Below are positions 17,430 through 26,873 of a stretch of DNA of 64,000 nt, piece by piece. Every line of letters starts with the position of its first letter. The stretch's first letter is position 1. This DNA comes from a bacterium (GTDB lineage Bacteria; UBA8248), in the NCBI GenBank assembly GCA_965213625.1, contig CBDBZU010000004.1, positions 3,712,001 through 3,776,000 on the forward strand. The letters are read 5' to 3'. Position numbers and translations under genes: made by a program. The notes beneath the pieces are model-generated. The model did no database searches. It was not told where the DNA came from and saw only the letters and a list, made by a program, of their open reading frames with translations.

Positions 17430-18425
17430 ATGAGCAAGCCGTCCATCGCGATAGTGACGACCGGGGGGACGATATCGTCCAAATACGACACGCGCGGAGG
17501 GGAGAACGTACCTGCGGCGAGCGCGGAGGAGTTGGTCGCATCCGTTCCCGAGCTTGCGGGTGCGGCCCAGGTGCGCGTCGTCGAGCACTCGAACGTCACC
17601 AGCGACGTGATGGAGACGGCTACCGCCTTTGGGCTCCGCGACCGCCTGCGCGGGATTCTGGCGGATGAGGAAACAGCGGGGGCCGTGATCACACACGGGA
17701 CGGCCACGATGGAGGAGACGGCCTATCTGTTGGACTTGACCCTGGGCGGTGAGAAGCCCGTGGTGATTACGGGCGCGATGCGCAATTCCGTCGCCCGTGA
17801 CGCGGACGGTCCCCGGAACATCTTCTACGCAGCGAAGATAGCGGCCTCCCCCGAAGCGCGGGGCCGGGGCGTGACGGTCGCGCTGGACGGCGAGATATTC
17901 GCCGCGCGCGACGTCATCAAGGTGCACAGCCAGCGGCCCCACGCCTTTGCGTCGAGAGACGGCGGGCCCATCGGCGTGGTTTCGGATGAGGGCGTCTTTT
18001 TTCACTACCGCCCGGAGCGGCGGCTCCACTTCGAGGTGGACACCGTGAAGGAAAACGTGCAGTTCCTCACCGTGACCCAGGGGGTGAACGACCTGCTCGT
18101 GCGCGCGTGCATCAAAGAGGGGGTGGACGGCATCGTGGTGGAGGGCGTCGGCGCGGGCAACGTGAACGTGCCCTTCCACCACGCCCTGTGCGACGCGCTC
18201 GATGCGGGAATCCCCGTGGTGATCGGGGTGCGCATCTTCGCAGGCGCGCCGCACCGCGCGAAGGCGCATGAGGGCTCTTTCCGCAGCCTGATCGAGCGCG
18301 GGGCGATTTCGGCAGGCTACCTGAGCGGCATCAAGGCCCGGACCCTGCTGATGGTGGCGCTGGCGCACACGCAGGATTCGGGAGAGCTGCAGGATATTTT
18401 CGAGCGCGCCGGCGGACGAGCCTGA
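17430..18425 (+). CDS. Asparaginase family protein
   Basis: TTGGTI, THGTATMEETAY, VITGAMR, DGPRN, EGVGAGN. Confidence 0.92.
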   Translation: MSKPSIAIVTTGGTISSKYDTRGGENVPAASAEELVASVPELAGAAQVRVVEHSNVTSDVMETATAFGLRDRLRGILADEETAGAVITHGTATMEETAYLLDLTLGGEKPVVITGAMRNSVARDADGPRNIFYAAKIAASPEARGRGVTVALDGEIFAARDVIKVHSQRPHAFASRDGGPIGVVSDEGVFFHYRPERRLHFEVDTVKENVQFLTVTQGVNDLLVRACIKEGVDGIVVEGVGAGNVNVPFHHALCDALDAGIPVVIGVRIFAGAPHRAKAHEGSFRSLIERGAISAGYLSGIKARTLLMVALAHTQDSGELQDIFERAGGRA

Positions 18426-18711
18426 AGACGCGGGGAGCGCCGTCGCCTTCCCGGTCGGCAATGCCGAGTTCCTCGCCCTTAATTCGCAGCCTTCCCCTCC
18501 CCGGTGAAACCTGACCCTCCTTGCTCAGTCGGGTTCGTCCTCTTTCCTCGGGCGGATTCGACCAACTCATCTCTCCTCATTCGGCGTCATGGATTTACGC
18601 GGCGACGGGCATGCCGGAGAGAGCGTCTGAATGCCCCCGGTTTTTTCAGGAGCGAGGACGGTGCGGATAGACGACTGCGGTCGTTCGCTCAGGCGATGAG
18701 GAGAAGGCAGA

Positions 18712-18787
18712 TAATGCAAATAATAATTTCTGAAAATATCGATAAATTTAGATAAATTCACGGGGTATTGCGATAAATTACCGACAA
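18712..18787. repeat. AT-rich repeat, inverted copy of 21245-21313
   Basis: AAATATCGATAAATT...CACGGGGT...CGATAAAT shared in opposite orientation. Confidence 0.7.
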
Positions 18788-18895
18788 TTTATTTTGTTGG
18801 GAAATGACACCGCGGAACCGCGACGCATGAGGATTCTGCCATGGTCAGCGCCTTCTCGCGTGACGGCAAATGCGCGGAACTGCGGGGAGTTGCGC

Positions 18896-19351
18896 CTAGG
18901 AGACGCTCATCTTGCGCCCGCTCTCGTACCACTCGGGACCAGGCTGTTCTGGGGGGTCGTCGTAGCGTTTGATCTCGAGTTCGACGTTGTCGGGATCGTA
19001 GAAATAGGTGGCATAGCCCACGCCGTAGGCGCCCAGGTTCTTCTCCTCGCCGCGGTGAGGCTCCCGGCCGCTCGCCCGTAAACGATTGATAACATTGTGA
19101 TATTCGGCGTCATCCATGCAAAACGCGAGGTGGTCCATCCCGCCTTTCACCTCGACGTCATCGGACACGAAATCTGCGGCGTGAAACAGGACGAGGATGT
19201 CCTCCCCCACGCGGAAGACGACCTGGTCGATATCGCCGCCGTGGATGAGCCTTCGGCCGACGGGCTTGAAGCCCATCACGTCGCGATAAAACGCGATGGA
19301 TTCATCGAGATTCGTGACGCGCAAGGCGACGTGTTCGATCATTCGTTTCAT
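18896..19351 (-). CDS. VOC family protein
   Basis: IEHVALRV, MDHLAF, YFYDPDNVELE. Confidence 0.85.
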   Translation of the reverse strand: MKRMIEHVALRVTNLDESIAFYRDVMGFKPVGRRLIHGGDIDQVVFRVGEDILVLFHAADFVSDDVEVKGGMDHLAFCMDDAEYHNVINRLRASGREPHRGEEKNLGAYGVGYATYFYDPDNVELEIKRYDDPPEQPGPEWYESGRKMSVS

Positions 19352-19379
19352 GGCGGCCTCCTTATTCTGGAGGAGGGGG

Positions 19380-19901
19380 CTAGTCGTCGTAGGCTTTCAC
19401 CGTGGGAACCGTGATGGGGGATTCGGGTTCGGTTCTGCCCTCGGCTACGGCGCGAATCGCCTCGATGATCTGACGATAACCCGTGCAGCGGCAAAGGTTC
19501 CCGGTGAGCCAGTGCCGAATTTCATCCTCGGAGGGGTCGGGATTCTCATCGAGGAGTTTCTTGGCCGATACGATCATCCCGGGCGTGCAGTAGCCGCACT
19601 GCGTTGCGCCATAAGAGGCGAAAGCGGCTTGTAAGGGATGTAAATCATCAAGGCCGCCGAGGCCTTCAATCGTCTCGATGTTCGCGCCGTCGGCGCGCAC
19701 CGCGAGGACAAGACACGAACTGATGAGTTCACCATCCATGATGATCGAGCAGGAGCCGCACGCGCCCTGATCGCAGGCGCGCTTGGTGCCCATCATGTCC
19801 AAATCTTCGCGGATCAAGTCAACCAGATAGCGGTTCACGGGAACCATCACTTCGACGGGCTCTCCGTTGAGAACGAAGGATATCATCTTTTTTTCAGACA
19901 T
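19380..19901 (-). CDS. (2Fe-2S)-binding small subunit, CoxS/xanthine dehydrogenase family
   Basis: CDQGACGSC, QCGYCTPG, GNLCRCTGY. Confidence 0.92.
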   Translation of the reverse strand: MSEKKMISFVLNGEPVEVMVPVNRYLVDLIREDLDMMGTKRACDQGACGSCSIIMDGELISSCLVLAVRADGANIETIEGLGGLDDLHPLQAAFASYGATQCGYCTPGMIVSAKKLLDENPDPSEDEIRHWLTGNLCRCTGYRQIIEAIRAVAEGRTEPESPITVPTVKAYDD

Positions 19902-19985
19902 TTCGATCCCCCACAATTTGCGGCCGTGCGCTGTTTTTTTATACTTCCACTATACCACGATTCCGCCCGGCGTGCACAGATAGCC

Positions 19986-20999
19986 TCATATCTTCCTGAG
20001 CTCCGGGATGAGTTCGTCCGAGATCATCCGCATGCTGTGAAGCGCCGTGGAAAGCGGCATTCCCGCCCAGTGCGTACGGATGATGAGATGGCTCATGCCG
20101 ACTTCCTCCCAGTAGGGGCGAAGCTGCTCGTAGCACTCCTCGGGCGAGCCGATGATGAAGCGATCTTTCAGCAAATCGTCGAATTCATGGTCGAAGCTCT
20201 CATCATCCGGCATGGCGTCGTCCTGTCCCCACTTGGCGTAATCCTGGTACTTGCCGAACAGATAAGGCCCCGCCATCTCGAGGGCGGTCTTCCTGTCGTG
20301 GCTGCAGAAAATCTCCTTCATGCAGGGGAAATCCGCCGGGAACGGCTTGCCGCATCGATCCAGTTCCGCGCGGTAGAGGGTCATCTGCCGCTTGATGGTC
20401 GCCGTGGTGGAATGCGGGTTGATGAACCAGTTGTCGCCGATGCGCGCTGCTCGCTCGATGGCCTTGTCGTTGTTCGCCGCCACCCAAATGGGTGGATAGG
20501 GCTTCTGCACGGGGCGGATGTTCATGCGCACGCCGTCCAGCTTGCAGATCTCATCCTCCCAGGTCACCTCCTCCTCCGTCCAGAGGCGCTTCACGAGTTC
20601 GAGGCACTCCTCGAAGCGGCGCACGCGCTGTCCCTTCGGCACCTGGAAGGCGTCGAACTCCGCCTTGCGGTAGCCGAGCCCGATGCCGAACACGAAGTTC
20701 CCCCGGCAGAGCACGTCCATCGTCGCCACCGTCTCGGCCACGTATACCGGGTTGTGGAGGTTGATGAGCAGGATGCCGAGCCCGAGCGTCATCTCGCCCG
20801 CTTCGGCCTGCAGCCGCGCGAGGAACGGCACTATCTGGAGCTGTTTGTTGTCGCCCTCGTTCAGGTAGTGCTGCCCGGTGAAGAGCGAGTCCCAGCCCTT
20901 GTCGCGCGCGAGGCGCACCATGGCGTACTGCTCGTCCAGGGCGCTGACCATGTCGGTTTCCAGGTGCTGCTGGTTGGTGATGAAGAGCCCTACTTTCAT
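19986..20999 (-). CDS. LLM class flavin-dependent oxidoreductase
   Basis: FTGQHY, NPVYVAETVATMD, GIGLGYR, PPIWVAAN, IIGSPEE. Confidence 0.9.
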   Translation of the reverse strand: MKVGLFITNQQHLETDMVSALDEQYAMVRLARDKGWDSLFTGQHYLNEGDNKQLQIVPFLARLQAEAGEMTLGLGILLINLHNPVYVAETVATMDVLCRGNFVFGIGLGYRKAEFDAFQVPKGQRVRRFEECLELVKRLWTEEEVTWEDEICKLDGVRMNIRPVQKPYPPIWVAANNDKAIERAARIGDNWFINPHSTTATIKRQMTLYRAELDRCGKPFPADFPCMKEIFCSHDRKTALEMAGPYLFGKYQDYAKWGQDDAMPDDESFDHEFDDLLKDRFIIGSPEECYEQLRPYWEEVGMSHLIIRTHWAGMPLSTALHSMRMISDELIPELRKI

Positions 21000-21244
21000 G
21001 TCACGTTCCCTATATGTAAGTGGATGGTTGGAGGCTACCATACCGCAAGGTCCTTCATATTTCTATGCTGGGGAGGCTTTACTGCATGATGGAAGGGGGA
21101 GAGGGGAACTGCGGGGAAATGCGGGGTGCGAAAAAACTTTTTTTATTCGAAAAAATTCGATAAAATATTCTTCTTCTGCTTGAATCCATTCTCATAACCG
21201 ACTGAAATAATATCGGTTACTCCTTCGATTTCCTTGCCGTTCGT

Positions 21245-21313
21245 TTTCAGATATTTATCGAAAAACCCCGTGAATTTATCGATATTTACAGGAAATACGA
21301 TTATTTTCATATT
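21245..21313. repeat. AT-rich repeat, inverted copy of 18712-18787
   Basis: ATTTATCGAAAAACCCCGTGAATTTATCGATATTT. Confidence 0.7.
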
Positions 21314-21613
21314 CATTGTGAGCCCCGAGTCCATGAATACCCCTCCCCGGCGAGAAAAAGCCCCCCTGACAAGGGGGGTTGGGGGGTTCGCCGCCTTCAC
21401 TCTCGCCGCATCACTGAATTCCATGAGAAAGCCTCCGCGCCTTTTGTCAATTCCGACTGAGAAAGAAGGAATCGACCAACTCATGCGGGAGAAATCGTTT
21501 TCCCGCGACGCGCGCACGATAGCGGAATACGGGGTTAGTGGGAGTACGGCAATTGCGGGGAAATGCGGGGTCAATTTCGGGTGAAGTACGTGGGTTTGCC
21601 GATTGAGGTGCTT

Positions 21614-22065
21614 GTAGGGACAACCCCCCGTGGTTGTCCTTCGTCAGGGTTGGCGCCATAAAACCGGGCGGACACAGGGGTCCGCCCCTACAAACCGCGA
21701 ATCGAGATTACCGTCATTCCGGCGCATGCCGGAATCCAGAACGAATTTGGTAGGCGCTTTACGGCGTTTCATCCGCCTTCTGTGCAGTCAGGCTGCCGAA
21801 AGAAAAGAATGTCATAGGCGAAACCCCTGGATTCCGGCATACGCCGGAATGACGAGGCTTTGAAACACTCCCCCTTGAGGGTCAATCCCGATTGAAGAAT
21901 GAGGGATTGTCGGTGAAGCCGAGCGATTTGTGCGAAGATTGAATCGGTGGGGGGACAATCGCGACTGATGAAGAAGTGATTGCATACATGTAGGGGCGAA
22001 CCCCTTTATCCGCCCTATGGCGTAAGAGGGTAAAGATACCGTAGGGGCGGCTCGCGAGCCGCCCG
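21614..22065. repeat. REP array: GTAG doublet, CGTC doublet, partial palindromic element, two more GTAG REPs
   Basis: 21614-21691 GTAG...CTAC doublet; 21711-21854 CGTCATTCCGGC doublet; 21866-21954 CACTCCCCCTTGAGG arm; GTAGGGGCG units at 21990 and 22041. Confidence 0.8.
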
Positions 22066-22114
22066 TGTGGTCCAGGCAACCAAGAAAGGACGAAAAGTAT
22101 GACGTACCTTGAAT

Positions 22115-25100
22115 TTATCCAAGTCCCAGACTTGCGCGAAGCTCTTCCAGTTTCTCCTTGAAATCATCCGGGATGTCGGATGCGACGAGTTTCTCGACAA
22201 GCGCCTTGCCTCCATGCCACGCATATGATGGCGATTCACACCCGCCTATATGAATCAATAACTTCGCAACCGCCTCCGGATAGCGTTGCCACAAATCAGA
22301 CAGATTGATATCAGAAACTAACAAGCCACGTTGGAGCGGAACTTTCGGCATACGAACCGCCAAGTCGACTGCTTCGGGAAACATATTGCCTTGTAAGCAG
22401 GAAGACCATTCAAGCATGCTTTCGATTTCACCGGAATCGAGTTGTCTGGGAATTCCTTGCAGGCGATTTTCCCAATACTGCTTGAGCCAACGTGACCACC
22501 ATTCCCGTTGTCCCTCTTCATTCATATGAAGAAGACTTTGGTGTATTTGTGTTGCGAAATAATTCCGGTCCTCTTCACCAGCATAATCAAATAACCTGGG
22601 AATCCAAACTTCAAGAGGCTCATCGACAAAATAGGCAAGCATTTTGATATAGGCATTGATGAATACTTCACGTCGATGCCCATCAAAATATGTACCTTGG
22701 ATATGAGGAACAGCCTCAAAAAAAGCATCCTTCATCAACTCGGCCACGGACTGGCTGAGTGATGCATATTGGAAACCATCCCATACCGCCTGAATTTCAC
22801 CTATATTGTCATGCGCTTTGAAAGAGGGCAGCAAATTCTCTTTCGTCCATTTTTTATCGACCACCAACAAAAAAGGAAGCTGGCTTGCGAGAACAGATCG
22901 CCCCAATCTACCAATCAGAGATTCATCTTGAGCGATGCAAGAAAGCGCGTCGTAATAAACGCCGCTCAGTGAATCAGGCATTGGGTCTTGTTGTCTTCGC
23001 CACAAAGACAAACTTCCAAGCCAGTATTCAGCGATCTTACCGCCAGCGTGGTTGATGGCATAGCTGTCCCAATTAGATGGATTTTCAAACTGTTCATCGC
23101 GGTCTAAATGTTCCCATAATCCTAGGGCAATCTCGTTGGCTTCTCGAAGCAAAGTAGGCGCATAAGGCACACCGCCGTTCCTTACGAGCGAATAAAGGAA
23201 ATCCGCAATCCAATGAGCGTGTTTCCGATATAGTTTGTTTCTATCCAATCGGAAGAGTACTTGGCGATGTGCATACTCGGTTAACTCATTCGACCACGCA
23301 CGAATCAGAATTGGCCAAAGATCGGTATCCCACTCACTGCGCTTAACCAATTCATCAGCTAGTTCGATGCCCCATTTAAAATTCTGCTTTGCCGCACCCT
23401 CGACAACAAGAACGAGTCCCTCACGGTTAGGGCCGAGAATATCTATCGGTTGGAAAGACAATAGATCATCCACCCAATCTTTCGCCGGTCGTGCCAGCAG
23501 TCCCTCTACACTCCAAGGACTTTGAGTGCCACTTCCTGTACTGGACCAAGACAATAGATCTGGGTATTCCCTTTGTTGAAAATTAGGATATTGCTTCGAT
23601 ATTTCGTTTAGAGCATTTTGAGCAAGAGTACAGTCGGGATCGGAACGATTTAGCCAATGAAGCCACGTGAAATGTTGATATGAGGTACGCTGCTCCTTAT
23701 TTTCATCTTCAGGATTGGGCCAAGAAAATGCGTGCACGGACTTTATGATGGCTTTGCGCCGTTTCGAGTCGGCATTGGGATAAGCTTTTTCCAGAAACAT
23801 AAACACTTCATGACGCGCCGGAGTATCGTGCAAATCCATGCGAGTCAGAAGCCAGTCAATTTTCTCGTTTGGAGTCAAATCTTCGCGTTTAAGCAATATA
23901 TGTACCGCCAATCGACGCAATAATGGCGCATCCGAGTCGATAAGCTGGTCGCACCATCGCGCCGCCACCTCAGGCCGATTTGATAACAAATATTCCAGAG
24001 AATCTCGGGCCGCATCAATCAATACATCTACAGTCCCTGGAATTCTATCCTGTTCATGAGGTTCGATTGCGCTACGACGAAAACTTGCTGGTTCATAAAT
24101 GCGTGACGCTTTCCCCCAAGAGCAGAGAGTGTGGAATTGCGCTGACAATTGCTCGACAACGCTTGTGAGCAGCGGGGCAACTAAGTTGTCGAGGTTCGGT
24201 TTTAGTCCTTTTTCCCAGAGTTCGTTGACCTCATAATGATCACTGAGTGATGACAATTCCACCCGGACAGATGGGCGTGGGTTTTCCTTCTCGTCATCGG
24301 ACAAATGAAAACCTCGCTCAATCTTGAGACAGCCAGCCGCACAAGTGATGAAAATTTCGAGAAGACTAGTCATCAATCCCGTTTCAATGCAACGATTTCC
24401 CAACCATAAAAACACGTGCTTATACGGCCGCGCTGGAACAGTAGCAAGTAATAATGAAACCCAACTCGATAAGTTTTTTTCGTCTATTGGCGTATTGTTT
24501 TGCAATCCGATAGTGCGTCCTAACACAAACCAGAAGGTTGGATGCAATTGCATCTCGTGTCGACCAATAAGTAGAAAAAGTGAATCTGAGTGTTCACATG
24601 CAAAAGTATTTGCTAACCACTCCGCCAGTTCGCGTTTATGTTCACTCAATTCACCAACGCCAAAGAGGCTGTCGAGATACTTACGTTGATCGAGCCAGTC
24701 GATCCATTCAGGCGATAAGGCGGCATTAGTGAAGAACCGTGCTTTCGCTTCGTCCAAGAACGCGTCTTCAATGAGGCACATCTCCTCCTCGTTAAGTGAG
24801 GGTGGTTTCCCAGCAATCTCCGTTATTTCACGCTGCCAGCCTAGAATGCCACGTGTTGAATAACTGGCAAGACGTTGGATGCCAAGGTAAAGACTACAAT
24901 GTTGGTCACCAGCAACTCTTTCATAGATAATCGGTTTAATACCGAGAATTTGCCATCGGTCACTTATAGCTTCGGTCGTAATCGCAAAACGCCCTTTTGT
25001 TTCACTAGTTGTTAAGGCCCGGGCCAGATATTTCATAATCGTGTCGTCGTGACTGTAGCCGACAAAGAGAACGGTAAAATTGCGGAAGAGTTCGACGAGA

Positions 25101-25654
25101 AAACGCCCTGCCCATCCATCGCTTAGGTATGCGCGACCAAAATCTGCGTCAGTCAACACCATGTCTAAAGGATGGCTGACTGCACCATGAAGGTGGACAA
25201 TTCCGTTGAAATCTCGTCCTAAAGGAAGTGCCGGAGCGCGAAACACTTCGGGATTCGGGTCGAAAATATCTTGTGCTGCCCTCTCGAATAACAATTCGAA
25301 GTTCGTCGTTACGATTCGAGTCGATTCCGTTTTGGAATATAGCCGTAGCAGATCACGGTGCAATTCGTTCGGCTTTGAATTTTTGTTAGAGAGTATCTCA
25401 GAGGCTAACTCATGCACTTTCGTGCCTCTTTCCTTTTTTAGCCTGCCGAGAAATTGATCATCAGTTTCACCATCTTTCTGTGTTTCTCCTGTACCTCGTG
25501 CGATCAATTTTGTTAAACACTTAAAATTCGGGAGATTCGCCGGTTTTCCCATCGAAACGCCTGCACCCGCGAAAACGACCAGCTTGTTGTCTCGCAGGGC
25601 GTCCAATAATTCTCTCGGAAAATCAATGCCTGCAATTTTCACTCTTGACTCCAA
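22115..25654 (-). CDS. SIR2-family NADase with long C-terminal region (DUF4020-like); Dsr1-like anti-phage protein
   Basis: VFAGAGVS, VTTNFE, VHLHG, LFVGYSHDD; Trp-rich C-terminus (WWSRWLKQYWENR); markedly AT-richer than its neighbours. Confidence 0.8.
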   Translation of the reverse strand: MESRVKIAGIDFPRELLDALRDNKLVVFAGAGVSMGKPANLPNFKCLTKLIARGTGETQKDGETDDQFLGRLKKERGTKVHELASEILSNKNSKPNELHRDLLRLYSKTESTRIVTTNFELLFERAAQDIFDPNPEVFRAPALPLGRDFNGIVHLHGAVSHPLDMVLTDADFGRAYLSDGWAGRFLVELFRNFTVLFVGYSHDDTIMKYLARALTTSETKGRFAITTEAISDRWQILGIKPIIYERVAGDQHCSLYLGIQRLASYSTRGILGWQREITEIAGKPPSLNEEEMCLIEDAFLDEAKARFFTNAALSPEWIDWLDQRKYLDSLFGVGELSEHKRELAEWLANTFACEHSDSLFLLIGRHEMQLHPTFWFVLGRTIGLQNNTPIDEKNLSSWVSLLLATVPARPYKHVFLWLGNRCIETGLMTSLLEIFITCAAGCLKIERGFHLSDDEKENPRPSVRVELSSLSDHYEVNELWEKGLKPNLDNLVAPLLTSVVEQLSAQFHTLCSWGKASRIYEPASFRRSAIEPHEQDRIPGTVDVLIDAARDSLEYLLSNRPEVAARWCDQLIDSDAPLLRRLAVHILLKREDLTPNEKIDWLLTRMDLHDTPARHEVFMFLEKAYPNADSKRRKAIIKSVHAFSWPNPEDENKEQRTSYQHFTWLHWLNRSDPDCTLAQNALNEISKQYPNFQQREYPDLLSWSSTGSGTQSPWSVEGLLARPAKDWVDDLLSFQPIDILGPNREGLVLVVEGAAKQNFKWGIELADELVKRSEWDTDLWPILIRAWSNELTEYAHRQVLFRLDRNKLYRKHAHWIADFLYSLVRNGGVPYAPTLLREANEIALGLWEHLDRDEQFENPSNWDSYAINHAGGKIAEYWLGSLSLWRRQQDPMPDSLSGVYYDALSCIAQDESLIGRLGRSVLASQLPFLLVVDKKWTKENLLPSFKAHDNIGEIQAVWDGFQYASLSQSVAELMKDAFFEAVPHIQGTYFDGHRREVFINAYIKMLAYFVDEPLEVWIPRLFDYAGEEDRNYFATQIHQSLLHMNEEGQREWWSRWLKQYWENRLQGIPRQLDSGEIESMLEWSSCLQGNMFPEAVDLAVRMPKVPLQRGLLVSDINLSDLWQRYPEAVAKLLIHIGGCESPSYAWHGGKALVEKLVASDIPDDFKEKLEELRASLGLG

Positions 25655-25670
25655 TAGCTACTCAAGTCAC

Positions 25671-25748
25671 CGGGCGGCTCGCGAGCCGCCCCTACGGGTA
25701 GAGAGAGATATTCGACCAGACCGGGCGGACACATCGGTCCGCCCCTAC
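25671..25748. repeat. Two GTAG-type REPs in reverse orientation
   Basis: CGGGCGGCTCGCGAGCCGCCCCTACGG and GGGCGGACACATCGGTCCGCCCCTAC. Confidence 0.85.
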
Positions 25749-25849
25749 ACCCCCTTTACAACTCCCACAATCCCTCCCTCCTCGGTCGGGTAATCGAACT
25801 CCCCCTCATCGGGGAAGCGCAATCCCTCCCTACTCAGTCGGGATTCACC

Positions 25850-26620
25850 TCACACAAACAACCTAACCCCCGGAAACACCTCCTCCCTCCTCAGGTCCGT
25901 CTCGTCGTGTCCGGCGAAGATGAGGTCGGGCGCGTCGGCCAGGTCCTTCACGGTCTCGAGCGCGCGCAGGGCGTCGTCCACGTGGATGTGGATGCCCGGC
26001 GGTATCATGGATTCGAGGCTCCGGTAGAGATAGGCCGCGTCCACGGCCAGCACCGCCCAGCCCCGCGCCGTGCGGAAGCGGATGATCTGGTGGCCCGGCG
26101 TGTGGCCGCCCACCCAGTGGACATGCACGCCCTCCGCTATCTCCGCCTCCCCGTCCACGAGATTCATGCGGCCTGCTTCAAGTAGCCGCTCGGCTTCTTC
26201 CAAATCGCCCAGGAAATGGTTGATGAAGTGGTATTCCGCCGCGTCGCTCCGCCAGAAATCAAGCTCGCGCCTCTGGAGATAAAAGCGCGCCCCGGTGAAC
26301 AGCCTCGGGGACATGAAGTGGTCCCAATGCAGATGGCTCACGATCATCGTCTCGACTTCCGAGGGTTTGAGATCGAAATGCTTCAGCAATTCATGCTGCG
26401 GGCGGTAGTCCGCGTAATCCGGGTTCCGCGCCTTCTGGGATTCCTCGCTGAAGCCGGTGTCGATAACGACCGGCGCGCCCCCGCCTTCGGGCATCAGCAC
26501 CCAGAAGAAATAGGGCAGCGTGCGCGTCCTCCCCGATTCACTCAAGTAAAGGAGCCAGGAGGCGTCGCACGCGCGCGAGCCCTGGCACAGGGCGTAGAGG
26601 TTGTAGGTCGTCTCGCTCAA
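25850..26620 (-). CDS. MBL-fold hydrolase, N-acyl-homoserine lactonase family
   Basis: VIDTG, SHLHWDH, GGHTPGHQ, FAGHD; GGAGG RBS before TTG. Confidence 0.88.
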   Translation of the reverse strand: MSETTYNLYALCQGSRACDASWLLYLSESGRTRTLPYFFWVLMPEGGGAPVVIDTGFSEESQKARNPDYADYRPQHELLKHFDLKPSEVETMIVSHLHWDHFMSPRLFTGARFYLQRRELDFWRSDAAEYHFINHFLGDLEEAERLLEAGRMNLVDGEAEIAEGVHVHWVGGHTPGHQIIRFRTARGWAVLAVDAAYLYRSLESMIPPGIHIHVDDALRALETVKDLADAPDLIFAGHDETDLRREEVFPGVRLFV

Positions 26621-26733
26621 GGTGATACCTCCGTGTTGTCCCGCTCGAAGGGATAGTTGGAAAAGTCCACAGAAGGAGCTCTCTAAATTTCACTCCCCCT
26701 TGAGGATGAATCACAATCATCGAAAGAGGAAAT

Positions 26734-26873
26734 TCACTCCCCCCTTGAGGGGGAGTCAGTGAAGCCGAGCGATTTGTGCGAAGGCTGAATCGGTGGGGGG
26801 ACATGCCACAGAAAAAGCTCCCCCCACCAGTTCGCCTGCGGGCTTGTGCCCTTAGCTCACTGACTCCCCCTCA
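26734..26873. repeat. Palindromic repeat element (copy E5) interrupted by the IS; remainder at 28395-28410
   Basis: TCACTCCCCCCTTGAGGGGGAGTC...GCTGAATCGGTGGGGGG...ACTCCCCCTCA | IS | CTCAAGGGGGGAGTGA. Confidence 0.85.

Noticed and set aside
21143-21574. Minus-strand ORF containing MKIIVFPVNIDKF, resembling MQIIISENIDKF at ~18714
   Set aside because: The similarity comes from the DNA repeat; indels and a stop break the frame in the other copy, so a conserved peptide is unsupported
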